This document shows positions 11,345-23,981 of a stretch of DNA of 64,000 bases, one piece after another; positions within the stretch are counted from its first letter, which is position 1, and each line of letters begins with the position of its first letter. The stretch spans positions 115,258,001-115,322,000 of the forward strand of contig OX597815.1 in assembly GCA_951406725.2 (NCBI GenBank), in the 5' to 3' direction. The notes beneath the pieces were generated by a model, which saw nothing but the letters and a program-made list of their open reading frames with translations, did not search any database and was not told the DNA's origin. The position numbers and the translations under genes were made by a program. Source of the stretch: Octopus vulgaris (lineage: Eukaryota).

Positions 11345-14300
11345 CTTCTCGTTTCCCAAAAATCGTGCGTTCTTTGTAAAAGATCTGGTGTCGAAGAAAT
11401 TCTTCATGGTGGACACCGGCTCTTGTTGCAGCATCTGGCCCCTTCGTCTGGCTGCAGACAAGCCCAAGCGCTCTTCAATTGTCTTGCATGCCATTGACTC
11501 GTCCCCCATAACCACCTTCGGTCAGATTTCGCTGTGCCTCGACATCAACCTTCGTCGAGATTTTCAATGGGTTTTCGTCATCGCTGACATCCCGCATCCT
11601 ATTCTCAGCGCTGATTTCTTGGATAGGTTTAATCTATTGGTGGATGTCAGGCGTCGGAGGCTTCTTGATAGCACGACGTCGCTCTCTACACCGACTGGGA
11701 GTTCCACCTATGCGGTCCTTAGCCCGACATTCTTTTTGCCACCTCTGGAGACGCTTTTCACTCTCTTTTGGCTTCATTTTCCGGAGCTAGTGGACATTGC
11801 CTTTCAACCGGAAAAGCCTACCCACTTGACACTCCATTTTATCACCACCACTGGGCCGCCTGTATTTTCACGCCCACGGTGCCTTGCGCCTGACCGACTA
11901 AAAGCGGCTAGGGACGAGTTTGAGCACATGCTTCAACTTGGCCTTATACGCCCCTCCACCAGCCCATGGGCATCTCCCCTTCATTTGGCGCGAAAGGGCG
12001 AGTCTGATTTTCGCCCGGTAAGAGACTATCGACGCCTCAATGCCGTAACAATAGCCGACAGATATCCAATCAGAAATTCTACAGGACTTTACGGCAAATC
12101 TCCATGGTTGTACCATTTTTTCGAAGGTCGACCTTATACGCGCGTACGATCAAATACTGGTCAACCCAGCCGACATTCCGAAAACTGTGATCACTATCCC
12201 TTTTGGGTGTTTTGAGTTTTTGTATATGAGTTTCGGTTTCAGGAATGCTACTAGCACATTCCAGCGTTTCATTGATGAGATTGTCCGCGGTCTTGATTTT
12301 GTGTTTGCCTATGTCGATGATATACTCATTGCGAGCGACACACGTGAAAATCATCTCCAGCACCTTTCTCAGCTTTTTCAGCGTCTTCGCGCTTATAGTA
12401 TACGTATAAATCCCGACAAGTGTGTTTTCGGACGCTCTTCCCTAGATTTTCTAGGCCATCATATTGATTCGAATGGAATCAGCCACCTGTCGTCAAAGGT
12501 CGATGCCATTCAACGCAACGCACCTCCCACTTCCTTGCGCCAGCTCAGGCATTATCTAGGGATGATCAATTTCTACAGACGTTTTATTCCCGGTTGTGCA
12601 GATAAGCTACTTCCTCTCACCAGGCTATTAAAGGACACTCCTAGAAAGGACAGTCAAGTCACCCTCTCTGTTGAGGCACTGACAGCCTTTGAGTCCATTA
12701 AGAAGGAGTTGGCTTCTGTTTCTTTGCTTGCACATCCGGTTCCTGGTGCTTCTCTCTCTTTGACTGTAGACGCATCGGACACTGCGATTGGCGCTGTGTT
12801 ACAACACACAGTGGATGATCATATTCGACCTCTGGCTTTCTTTTCCCGCCAACTGCAACCAGCTGAACGACGATACAGCACCTTTGATCGTGAGCTCCTA
12901 GCGATCTATCTATCGGTTCGTCATTTCCAGCATCAACTTGAAGGGCGAGATTTTGTGATCTATACGGATCACAAGCCCCTTACGTTTGCCCTGTGTTCAA
13001 AAACGGACAAACTCTCGCCTCGTGCTTTCCGGCACCTGGATTTTATCTCTCAATTCACTAGTAACATTTGACACATACCTGGAAAAGAGAACGTTCCTGC
13101 TGACGCTCTCTCTCGCCTTCCAGTCTGCGCCCTTTCGTCTCCTGCTGCTATCGACTTAACTGCCATCTCGCAGGAGCAGCCACCTTTGGCGTCGTTAGAC
13201 TTAACTTCTCCCAAGTTCTCCTGTTGCCAGTTTTCCTACCTTCCGCTTCCGTCAGCCGAAGGCACCATTCTCTGTGATACTTCCACTGGTTCTCCGAGGC
13301 CACTCGTGCCTGAGAATCATCAATGCTCAGTGTTTGAAGCACTGCACTCCTTATCACATCCTGGCATCGCTGCCACCCTTAAGCTGACCACTGCTCGGTT
13401 TTTCTGGCCGAATATGCGTCGCACTATTACTTCTTCGACACACACCTGCTCCAAGTGTCAACGGTCCAAGATTCAACGGCACATTCGTGCCCCGCTTGGA
13501 CATTTTTCCCCTACGGAGGCCCGTTTTCGCCATGTCCACATCGATCTGGTTGGACCATGACCTGTGAGTCGCGGGTTCTCTTATATGTTAACTTGTGTCG
13601 ATCGTTTCTCCCGCTGGCCAGAAGCCATTCCAATAGCAGACATTTCTGCTGAGACTGTTGCGCGAGCCTTCGTTTCAAACTGGATTTCCCGTTTCGGAGT
13701 CCCGTCCAGATTGACTACTGATCGTGGATGTCAGTTTGAAGCTTCGCTATTTCGCGAATTGTCGCGCATTTTAGGTGTGCATCATATCCACATTACCAGC
13801 GTCTAATTGATTAGTTGAACGGTTCCATAGACAGCTCAAGGCCGCTCTTCGTGCCTCTTCAGATCCACAGTCCTGGATTGAATTTCTGCCAATTGTGCTT
13901 CTCCGTTGTCGGACTGCTGTCAAGCAGACCTGGGGTTTTCTTCTGCAGAGCTACTGTATGGTACCACACTGGCATTGCCTGGTACGATGTTGGTGCCAGA
14001 CACTTCCCACCCCCATGATCCGGCGACCTATGTCGCCAGACTGCGTTCATATTTCTCGAATCTTCCACCCATGGTTCCCAGGAAACAATCTCCACCATCC
14101 CATCTCCCACCGGATTTATATGGACGCATGTTTTCGTTCGTGACGACTCTGTCAAGGGACCACTTGTTTCTCCCTATAAAGGACCTTTCCGTGTGCTTTC
14201 TCGCACACCTAAGGTTTTCACTACTGAAATAAGTGGTCATTCGGAGACCGTTTCCGTGGACCGACTGAAGAAAGCATACTTTGAGACGTCTTCATCTTTT

Positions 14301-14507
14301 GATGACAACCTTGCCACACCCACCTATGCACCTTTAACAACACCTTCACCTGCACAAACACCTTCACCTGCACAGACACCTTTGCCTTCACCGGCTCCCA
14401 CAACACCACCTTCACCGTCAACGGGTGCCCCGAGCACACCGTATGTTACAAGATCGGGCAGAACAGTGCATTGGCCCAAGAAACTCTCAAAGACAATTTA
14501 TATTTAA
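11304..14507 (+). pseudogene. pol: gypsy Pol (protease, RT, RNase H, integrase) with frameshifts and stops
   Basis: VDTGS protease; YVDD at 12310-12321; TVDASD...YSTFDRELLA RNase H; H..SHPG...CSKC, HIDLVGP and TTDRG integrase motifs; C-terminal VTRSGR; split over several ORFs. Confidence 0.95.
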
Positions 14508-14633
14508 CTTACTTTCTCTCAAATTTCTTGTTTTTGTATGACATTGTGTACCAAATCTTCTGTGGGGATCGGCAAGCCATCTGTTTTTCTGCAGCACCAC
14601 TACAAATTTTCTTGTTTTCGTACTTCCGCACTC

Positions 14634-14642
14634 GAGGGGGAG
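14634..14642 (+). promoter_or_regulatory. polypurine tract
   Basis: GAGGGGGAG just upstream of the 3' LTR. Confidence 0.85.
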
Positions 14643-14645
14643 CCA

Positions 14646-15063
14646 TGTAGTGATGCTACTGTGTAAGGTTCAGCGCGCATGCGCAGAATGGGACTACTTC
14701 CAGGTGGCCACCGGAAGTCTTCCCCATGCGCATGTGTGGGAAACTGACCCCTAAGGCACAAATCACTCATTCATCCTCTCTGGCCATTTCAGCCCTCGGG
14801 AACAGACGTGCATTTGGTAGTCTCTGATAACTATACCGACTCAGCCGTGGACGACATCGAATCACTTCAACCAACCAACAAGAAGCTGTACAACAGATTC
14901 GGCTGTCGTTTTCCCTTCAGAAATACGTACACCATCACGAATAATAAACAACACTGCTGTCTTTCCCAGATAACCTCACTTTGTCTGTTATATCTAAATA
15001 AATTGTATGTGACGGGATCGGATCGACACCCCTTCAGTTATGCCGATTCCAGATCCTATTACA
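14646..15063 (+). repeat. 3' LTR
   Basis: Direct repeat of 9823-10240. Confidence 0.97.
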
Positions 15064-15065
15064 CC

Positions 15066-15314
15066 TACATTATTTACAATGGACAGATAGGTGTCCTCAC
15101 CTTGCTTGTTGTTACCACAACGTTTCGGATGATGTTCTGTCCAGCCGTGGTTGATGTACTCTCCAGGGTTGGGCTCAAAATTTCACCAGAACACCTGCTG
15201 AAAGCTGGAAAGTACATTGGCTGAAATGTGGTAACAAAAAACAAGGTGAGGACACCTATCCGTCCATTGTAAATATTGTACATAATTCCTCATCTCTAAA
15301 ATATAGAATAGTAT
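15066..15314. mobile_element. inverted-repeat element resembling an inverted pair of Penelope-like pLTR pieces with a hammerhead core
   Basis: About 55-bp near-perfect inverted arms at 15066-15120 and 15227-15280; CTGCTGA...GAAA at 15195-15226. Confidence 0.6.
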
Positions 15315-15743
15315 CTTCTAAATAAGGTTATTACACCCTTTTCTCCTTAATTGTATTTCCTTCTGACATTGTGCCCTTCCTTCAAAAAATTCCTTGGACC
15401 ACACCTGAATACTATGTTCAACACAAACATGCTTCAATAGAAGCTTATGTTATAGAATCAGTAAGAGGTATCAGAAAGATTTCTCTGTAGTAGCATATAT
15501 AGTTTTTGCTGCATTATTTTTATTAGTATGATGGTGCTGGCTTTACCACAATATTACCACACCTGCATTAATTGGATGACCTAAATAACATTTATTTTCA
15601 GTGAAAAGATTTATATTGTTGGTGCTATCAATAAGGTGAATGCTCTGGTTTTTAAAAAATGTGTCTTAAATACCATCTATTCATCTGTTAATTACATTCT
15701 CTCTCTCTTTCTCTCATTCTCTCTCTCTAACACACCATATATA

Positions 15744-17351
15744 TCTCTCTATATATAAAACTGAGAATGTGTCTGTCTGTCTGTCTGTGTGTTTCCCTAA
15801 AACTTGAGAACTACACAATCAATTTCATTAAAATTTTACACATGCCTTACTTAGGGTCCATGTAGTTTCATGGGCAAAAAAATGTTCAACTTCTTGCCTA
15901 GGGCGAGCCCATAGCAATATCATATCTTCTCCACTATTTCAGTATTATGTGCTAAAAGTGAAACAAAAACATTTCTCTATTTTATGTCAGATTCTTTCAC
16001 TTTAACAATAAAAATTAGAGATAATAATAACAATTGAATTATATGTAGTAAGTAATAATTAAAATCAAACTAATGTATAATATAATAATTAAATCGTAAC
16101 ATAACAAAAGTAGCAATTGGTATAAAATTGCATCAATGACTTGAACTTGAATAAGTGGTTTCACATGAATGGGAATAAATTAAAAATAAAATTAGTGTAC
16201 AGAAATGGAATAGTCCAGATGGAGCTGTGCACATACCCTTTACCACAGCTTTCACATTAGATTATCTGCTAATTAGCTAGCATTAAGTATCTATATGAAG
16301 TTTGGCTGTATGTAATGTCTGTTTTCTCAAACAGCCGCTTCTACTGAGTACTGCTGTTGGTTTATTTCTTATACATAAAGGACTATAGCTTCAACTGCGT
16401 ACTGCTTTTTGATTCACCGTAAGGTTTGTTGTTATTATTACTGTTTAACTATTGTTATCACGTTTTTTGGTTCCTCGTAAAGGAAACGTTGTTGTGTTGC
16501 ATTTGTTAAATAATTGTAAACCATAACCCTCCCCTTTGGGAGAAGGAGCTTTGGTTATTGTTTAAAAATTGAATTGTGTCCCTGTTTGGGGAAATTGACA
16601 ATATTTTCACTGTTTATACGGAAGCATTTTTGTTAAAATGCCTTCGATAGAAGAAAGTCCAAAAATGAATTTCACTGCAGCCGTTGGCAGGCGCAAACTC
16701 ATTAAAATTAAAATGGAAGAAATACAAACCTATTTTGGATTGATCACTGACAAAGACAGTGAATCTAGGATAACACCACCAAACGAAATGAAAAATTAAA
16801 TTAAAGAAAAGACTATTGTCTATAAAGTATACAATGTAGAGAGAAAAAAAGATTTGAACACCTGGAGGAAAGCACCATCGGAAAGTGTCTTGGTGCGACT
16901 ATGAAAGATATCAAGTATCTAACCAGAGGCGGTAAATTCGCCACAATAGAAGCAAGGTTCGAGTCAACAGAGCGTGCAAGGGAGAACTCGACTCGAACCT
17001 TGCAAAGTGGAAATATTTTATTTTTACCTTTATATCTGGGACGTAGAATGTCCTGGATAAAAATTTAAAATGTCCCCCCAGAAGTAGAGGTAGGCTGGAT
17101 TTTAGCCACACTTCTATACAAGAGGGAGGACAAGATACAGTTGATCAAAATTGCCAGAGACGGGCCTACAATTCCAGTCTGTTATATATTTTGAGTATTG
17201 TTATCACTAGCGATATCAAGATATAACTTTGTATTTTGTATTTTATGTGTAGATGTATATATATAGATGTACATGTAATATGTACATATATATATACACA
17301 TATATACATGCACTAGCACTATGACCCGGCAACGACTGGTCATAATGCTAG
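15744..17351 (+). mobile_element. non-autonomous Helitron
   Basis: A|TC start, TCTATATATAAAA plus (GTCT)n near the 5' end, 3' hairpin and CTAG|T end. Confidence 0.75.
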
Positions 17352-17377
17352 TATATATATAAATATATGTATATATA

Positions 17378-18263
17378 CAAAGTCTGATCGATAAGTATCT
17401 GGACTGTTGCCATAGTAACGAAGCTAAAGCATGCAGAGAAGTTGCTTAGCAAAAATTGACCTTCAACTCTACTGTGCACACTAAGTTTTAATGTTCTAGC
17501 TCACTTACTCTGTTTACAGCAGTGCTTGGAATGAATGTACGTATCATGTGATCATCGCATTGACAATGAGAGAAAGTTGCCATGGTGATACCTGTTCAGA
17601 GGCCTATACTAAGTTGAGGAAAGTGTATAGAGAGGAGGGTATGAGCTGCGCACAAGTGTACAAGTGGTTCAGACATTTCCATGTCAATATTGATGAACGT
17701 TCTCAGAGACTCACAACCAGCAGAACTGAGAAAAACATCACAGATGTGCATGTGTGCATGTAGCTGTGAAGGGTAATCGTTTAGTCATCATCCATGAGTT
17801 ATAAGAGGATGTGCAGATTAGTTACAGTTCAGTTAAGTTCATTATCATTGAAGATTTAGGTATGAGGTACGTGTCTACCAAGTTTGTGCCAAAACTTCTT
17901 TCAGCTGACCAAGAAGACACTCGAGTTTCAGTTGCACAAGATTTCCTTAATTGTGTCAAGAAAACTTTTTGAAAACTTTTTGAAAACTTTATGCAGGCCT
18001 CTGAGTAGGTACCACTCAGCTTTTGGCAAAATTTGATGCAGATTCTCTGCTCAACTTTATCTATCATTGTCAATATGACAATCATATGATATACACGTTC
18101 CTTTGAAGCACTGCTATAAACAGCATAAGTAAGCTAGAATGTTAAAACTTTGTGCACATGCACAGCAGAGTTCAAGGTCAATCTGTGTCAAGCAGCTTCA
18201 TTCTGTGTGCTTTAGCTTCGTTACTATGGCAACAGTCTGGATACTTATTGATCAGACCACTTG
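17378..18263. mobile_element. fold-back mariner derivative (MITE-like with about 250-bp inverted arms)
   Basis: TA flanks; long inverted repeats; both arms contain the transposase N-terminus (EQRICIKFCQKL..T.SEA; VYREEGMSCAQVYKWFRHF). Confidence 0.85.
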
Positions 18264-18524
18264 TATATATGTGTGTAAATTCATTCTGTGAATCTTCTGT
18301 TATGCTTCATAATGACCAGAACAACTATACTAATTTTCCCTTTCAGGATTATGTTTTGTTTTTATTATATTTTACCTTTATTTATTTGACTTCATGTCTT
18401 TCAGTTTCAGCCTTTCTTAGCAGTTTAATAACTTCTGACAACTTTTCTATTGATCCTATAAAGAAATTAGGTTGTTTATACAAAACAGTTCTCAGGTGCA
18501 ATATGTCTTTGAATCCTCTTTTAA

Positions 18525-18743
18525 CCCTTTCATTACTGTATTTATTTTGAGATGCCCTGTGTTTCTTTCAATTACTTTAAATATAACAAAGAATTTAGTA
18601 AAATAACTTAGTTATCATTAAGCTAGTGTTAGGAACATAAATTGTGGCTAAGGTATGGTGGGAAATTTTAATTCAAAACTTATGAAAATAAGACATTTGT
18701 ACTCAGAGCCAGAGCCGGTTTCAGCTGGGTTGGTATGAAAGGG
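18525..18743. mobile_element. piggyBac-type MITE (second family)
   Basis: TTAA|CCCTTTCAT ... ATGAAAGGG|TTAA. Confidence 0.85.
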
Positions 18744-19664
18744 TTAAAACCTTCATGAATAAGGTCGCAGTAAGAGAAAATACGAGCATTATCTTCAATG
18801 ACTCTCACTACGGCTTCAAAATTTACACTGAAAACAATTAATGTTCAAGTCATTGCCACCATTATTAGTTTATATGTATTATATGTGTGGACTGTTGTAG
18901 ATGCAGAATGAGGTCTTCTCTAGATCAACAAATAGGAAAGTAGCTTTCTTAAAGCTGTCTCACCAGATTTAATCCATCAGTAGGTTTGACATTATTTATA
19001 CAGACAAAATTTTGTCCTGTCAATCTTAAATATACACTGCTCTATTTTTTCTGACTCATTGTGTTAACTTCATTTGTAGTCTCTTAGCTTCATTCTGCTA
19101 CAATTGCTCCTATGTAAAGCATACATCATGCATACATATTTATACAGATATGAGTATGTATGAAATGAAAGGGGGGAAATGTAAAAGCATTTGCATTACT
19201 CATGGGGGTGCAATCCAAACTTTATGTAATACAAAATAAACTGAGAGCTACATATTGCTGAATTGTTAAGATACTTTGATAAATGTGATGTGAGAGATTT
19301 GGCTGCTATTTCTAGCTCCAGGTCAACTCTGACTGAGCAGATATCTGATTGACCATACCACCTTTTTTGTAGGATATCTAGAACTACATTATTTAATACA
19401 TGTTCTATCATTTTTTTTAAAGACAACAGGGTGAGATTTAGTTGCCTTTTTTAATAGGCTGTGATGATGTAGAGACTTCATCCTTTTAGGAGTCTTAATG
19501 GGTTGATTAGGAGCTAGTGGCTCACTCATTGTTGATGGTGTTTAGTAAATGAGAAATAAGGCTATCTTTGTACTGGAGTAGGTAATCTTTCAAGCAGACC
19601 TGTCCTCCACAGCAAAAGTGTTAATGTCCCTCTCCTTATAAAGAGGACTGGACAGTAAGAACCC

Positions 19665-19906
19665 TGGGCTGGTGTCACATAAAGAGCACTTATGATGATG
19701 TCATGTAAAATGCACCTGAGCTAGTGTCACATAAAAAGCACCAAGTTCGCTCTGTGAAGTGGTTGGCATTAGGAAGAGCATCCAGCCATAGAAATCAAGC
19801 CAAATCAGACTGGAACCTGGTGCAGCTCTCTTGCTTCTCAGCTCTAGTGAAACCATCCAACCAATGCCAGCGTGGAAAAAGGACATTAAAGTACAATGAT
19901 GATGAT
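19665..19906 (+). mobile_element. RTE LINE 3' end fragment
   Basis: AAAAGCACC repeats, TTGGCATTAGGAAGAGCATCCAGC, (GAT)n tail. Confidence 0.75.
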
Positions 19907-20177
19907 TACCTTAAGTCTTGATTTATTCTTGAGTTAAGTGAATACACAAGTTCTAAGAGTTGCAAGTTCAACCCCATATACAGTCAGTGATTTCACATAT
20001 ATACAGGTATGCATGGATGCCCTCAGGGTTACTAAACTCAAGCAAACATTTGAATGGAAGTTAGTCCAATATTTAATTCCATATCACATTGTTTGAGGTC
20101 CAAAAGATCAAGAAGAGCAGGCTACAAAATATTCAGGTGCCCCAGTGGTAGAAATGAAAGGGGAATAATTTCATATA

Positions 20178-20412
20178 TCATCATTAAATACCCACTTTTC
20201 CATGCTTCTATGGGTCAAACAGAATATATTTGGGGTAGTTTTCCTACAGCTGGATGCCTTTCCTGTTGCCAACCCTCACCTATTTCCAAGCAAGGTAAGA
20301 ATTCCTCATGGCCATACTTGCTTTCATAGAATATTGGAAATGAATGACACTGCTTGTATAACAACAACACTCATTTACAACTATCATGCGATGTCAAGAC
20401 ATGGAGACAAAA
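20178..20412 (-). mobile_element. non-autonomous element/SINE with RTE-type 3' tail (family C)
   Basis: Shares the RTE terminal motif but has a different upstream body; homologs at 48385-48725 and 53685-53900. Confidence 0.65.
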
Positions 20413-20426
20413 ACACATATGCACTC

Positions 20427-20459
<33 letters not shown>

Positions 20460-20704
20460 GTCTCTCTCTCTCTCTCTCACATACACACACTCAAACATGC
20501 ACGCACATGTATATCCAAGATGTAGAAAAGTACCAGTGTCCATGTCACAGGTTTGATAATTACTGAGACATCTTCTCACTATAAACAATTGTAGCTTTGT
20601 TAACCTATGGATAAAGATTACTTACCCACTAATGCAGTGGATATCATTCTCACTGTCTGATATTAGCACTTAAATATATATGTATATCAAGACTTAAGGT
20701 AATC

Positions 20705-20864
20705 ATCAGGAATGACTAGAGACCGAGACCTCTCCTACCCTGATGTAATCTCCAGGGATACAGGCATCCAGCAACAGGACCTCCGTAATGCCATGATGGA
20801 CCGTGAAGTCTGGCGTAGCATGGTAAATTCCATTGTCTTGACCACGGTCGAACAATGATGATGA

Positions 20865-20868
<4 letters not shown>
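20705..20868 (+). mobile_element. 3' end of a second LINE family with (TGA)n tail
   Basis: Encodes YPDVISRDTGIQQQDLRNAMMDREVWRSMV, an RTE-like C-terminal motif, with the tail directly after the stop. Confidence 0.6.
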
Positions 20869-20904
<36 letters not shown>

Positions 20905-21145
20905 TATAGATACAGCAGTCTTCTTTCAGTTTCCATCCATGAAATGCACTCACAAGGTTTTGGTTGGCTCAGAGAAGCCATTCTCCCAAGGTGCTACAAG
21001 TGGGCCTGAACCCTCATGTGGTGGGAAACCCACTAAACCAACAGGCATCAAGCAACAGGACCTCCATAATGCCATGATGGACCGTGAAGTAAATTCTACC
21101 ATGGTAAATTCCATCGTCTCGACCACGGTTGAACAATGATGATGA

Positions 21146-21204
<59 letters not shown>

Positions 21205-21330
21205 CAGGCTTCTTTCAGTTTCCATCCATGAAATGCACTCACAAGGTTTTGGTTGGCTCAGAGAAGCCATTCTCCCAAGGTGCTACAAGTGGGCCTGAAC
21301 CCTCATGTGATGGGAAACCCACTAAACCAA
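20760..21330. repeat. tandem duplication of an approximately 285-bp LINE-tail/(AT)n/SINE composite
   Basis: 20760-21042 repeated at about 21042-21330. Confidence 0.9.
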
Positions 21331-21989
21331 CATGCAGTCAGGAAGTAAGCTTCTTACTGCACAGCAGTGGTGTGACAATGACTTTGAAGTTTCAGCCAGC
21401 AGGCTTTTGTCAGAAAGTTCAATGAAGACTAGCATTCCGAAACTTTGAAGATGCTGATATGACACCCCACTTCTTGCAAAAGTTTAATAAACATATAGTC
21501 ACCTAAAAATACTTCTTCTAAACTAAAAACGCTAAAAATAATTCTTCAGTTTAATGTTAAATTGTTTTTTATATATAACTTGACAAAAGAACAAACATTA
21601 ATATATATATTTAGAGATCCAATAATGGTAGAATCAACAAAATGTACTCCAACCAGTGAGAGATAAAAATAAATTTAATACACAACCAAAAGAACTACAA
21701 ATATTTTCATGCCTTTATGAGACTTTAACTAGGCATATTTATAAAATACACCATGTATCTCCAAGCAATCTTTCAGTCTGTGTTCATGTGTTATAGATAT
21801 TTTAAAAACAAGGATGCTGGACAGTGAGAAAATATAAAAAAAGTGAAAAAAATGTGAAGAAGGTTGATGCAAAAACAAAAGGAATGAGAAGCAAAAAGCG
21901 AAATCAAGAAAAATAAGATCTCCATCCTCCCTGATTGCAGAAACCACAATTAATATAGATGTATAGAGCAAAATAACAAATTCAGTCCA

Positions 21990-22851
21990 GAGAAATATGA
22001 GCAGTGACTGCAGAAGATATACGTAGGCTCGAAAGAAATGAAGCTAGCATGATCTGCTGGATGTGTAATGTAAGTGTGCACACACGACAGAGTGTAAGTG
22101 CCCTGAGAGAAATGTTGGACAGAAGAAGCATCAGATGTGACACACAAGAGAGATGTTTGCATTGGTATGGTCATGTACTACAGATGAATGAGGAGATCTG
22201 TGTGAAGAAGTGCCACTCCCAAACAGTGGAAGAAATCTGAGGTAGATGGAGACCCAGGAAGCTATAGGATGAGGTGGTGAAGCATGACCTTCGAATGTTG
22301 GGCTCACCAAGGCAATGACAAAAGACCAAGACCTCTGGAGGTATGCTGTGGCTGAGAAGACCCAGCAAATAAAGTGATTTCACAGCTGTAACCTACATCA
22401 GTGTCGCATAACCAGTTCACTCAAAAGTACCTTGGATTGTAGGGCGACATGCCTTGCTTGAGGAGATCTATTGAGTCAAGTACATTAAAACCAAAATCAA
22501 ATGGAAAGTTTAGATGTGATCCCCATGTTGGTGGCATGTAAAAAGCACCATTCAAACATGGCCGATGCCAGTGTGCTTTGACTGGCTTCTGACTGGAGGC
22601 ATGTAAAAAGCACCAACTGATCATGGTTATTGCCAGTCCCCTCTGACTCCTGTCCAGTGGCATGTAAAAAGCACCCACTACACACTCGGAGTGGTTGACA
22701 TTAGGAAGGGCATCTAGCTGAAGAAATACTGCCAGATCAAACTGGAGCCTGGTGCAGCCTCCTGGCTTCCAAAACCCCAGTCGAACCGTCCATCCCATGC
22801 CAACATGGAAAACGGACGTTAAATGATGATGATGATGATGATGATGATGAT
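21990..22851 (+). mobile_element. RTE LINE, 5'-truncated
   Basis: EDIRRLERNEASMICWMCNVS...LHWYGHVLQM, 3' UTR and (GAT)n tail. Confidence 0.9.
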
Positions 22852-22854
22852 AGA

Positions 22855-23981
22855 TTCATTCTAGAAGTTTTGAGACTTTTTTCAGAAGAGACAGTTATTA
22901 ATTTCAAAGAATTATAAAACTTCAGTCTCCTTCAAAGTATGATTCTCCGATTTCAATACTGCTTCAAGCACTTCATGAAGGCCTCATGGAAGTCCTGCAA
23001 AGTGAAGGTGTCCAGTGCCCTTGTCACAACTTCCTTTATCTTCTCAATGTCTGCCTCCAAGGTTCTCCTTCAGCTCGGGGAACAAAAGTCATAAAGTCTT
23101 GACTGTAGAGGGGGTGAGGGGCAGTTTTAATGCTTGTCTCTATCAAGTAGTTGATTACCAGGATGGAAATGTGATCTGACTAAAGTGGAAGAGTTCTACA
23201 CTTTTGGAGATGAAATCTCTTTCTGAACTCTCTAAAAACCTCCATAAAGTACTCTTTGTTCACTGTCTGGCAAGAGAGAACCCAGTGTATGCACATGATG
23301 CCCTTGCTGTTGTAAAAGGGGATCATCATGAGCTTCTTGGTGGACTTGATTTGCTTGGCCTTCTTAAGTTTAGGGGATCCAGAATGCTTCCATTGGGTAC
23401 TCTCTCTCTTAGTCTGTTGTTCATAAGAGTGGATCCAGCTTTTGTCACAGGTCACCAGAGTCTCAAGTACTCTTGAATTGGAGGTAATGAGCTCAGTCGT
23501 CTCCCTGCTGTCACCAGTGAATCTTTCCTTCTGTTTGTTATTGAGCACCTTGGAACAAACTTTGTACAAATTTTGTATTTGTTCAAATCTTCATGAATAA
23601 TTCTGTGTACTGTTTCCACACCAACGCCAACTCCAAAATCTATATTTATTGTCTTCAGACAATATATAATATATAATATAAAATATATAATTATTTTTCA
23701 TCCAGAAAATTGTGAATTTTCTCAACCACTCTGATATTTTGATAACCCTCTTCTTTGCATACTTTTTGTCATCTCTAACCTCCTCTAAACTGTACTTGAA
23801 CTTCTTGTGCCAGTGAAAAATAGATGCTCAGCTTGTGCAAGTTAATCCATAAACAGTTTGGAGCATTTCATGACTTTCAGCTTAATAGATGTATGGTAAA
23901 GATATACTAAAATTACAATAATCTTGGATGGTTATAACTGACTATTCTAAAAACATCTCAAACTTTCTGGAATTTACCTTG
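22855..23981 (-). mobile_element. degraded mariner transposon
   Basis: ORF 23180-23569 has LVTCDKSWIHSYEQQTKRESTQWKHSGSP.KKAKQIKS..KLMM; partial TIR similarity at the ends and TA at the right end. Confidence 0.85.

Larger units (their letters stand above)
9823..15063 (+). mobile_element. full-length Ty3/gypsy LTR retrotransposon (pol disrupted)
   Basis: Two 418-bp LTRs TG...CA, CCTA TSD (9819-9822, 15064-15067), PBS, PPT, gag-PR-RT-RH-IN order. Confidence 0.97.

Noticed and set aside
14193-14507. Possible env or chromodomain after the integrase
   Set aside because: Only Pro/Thr-rich 18-bp repeats and the usual TRSGR tail; no chromodomain or transmembrane segment
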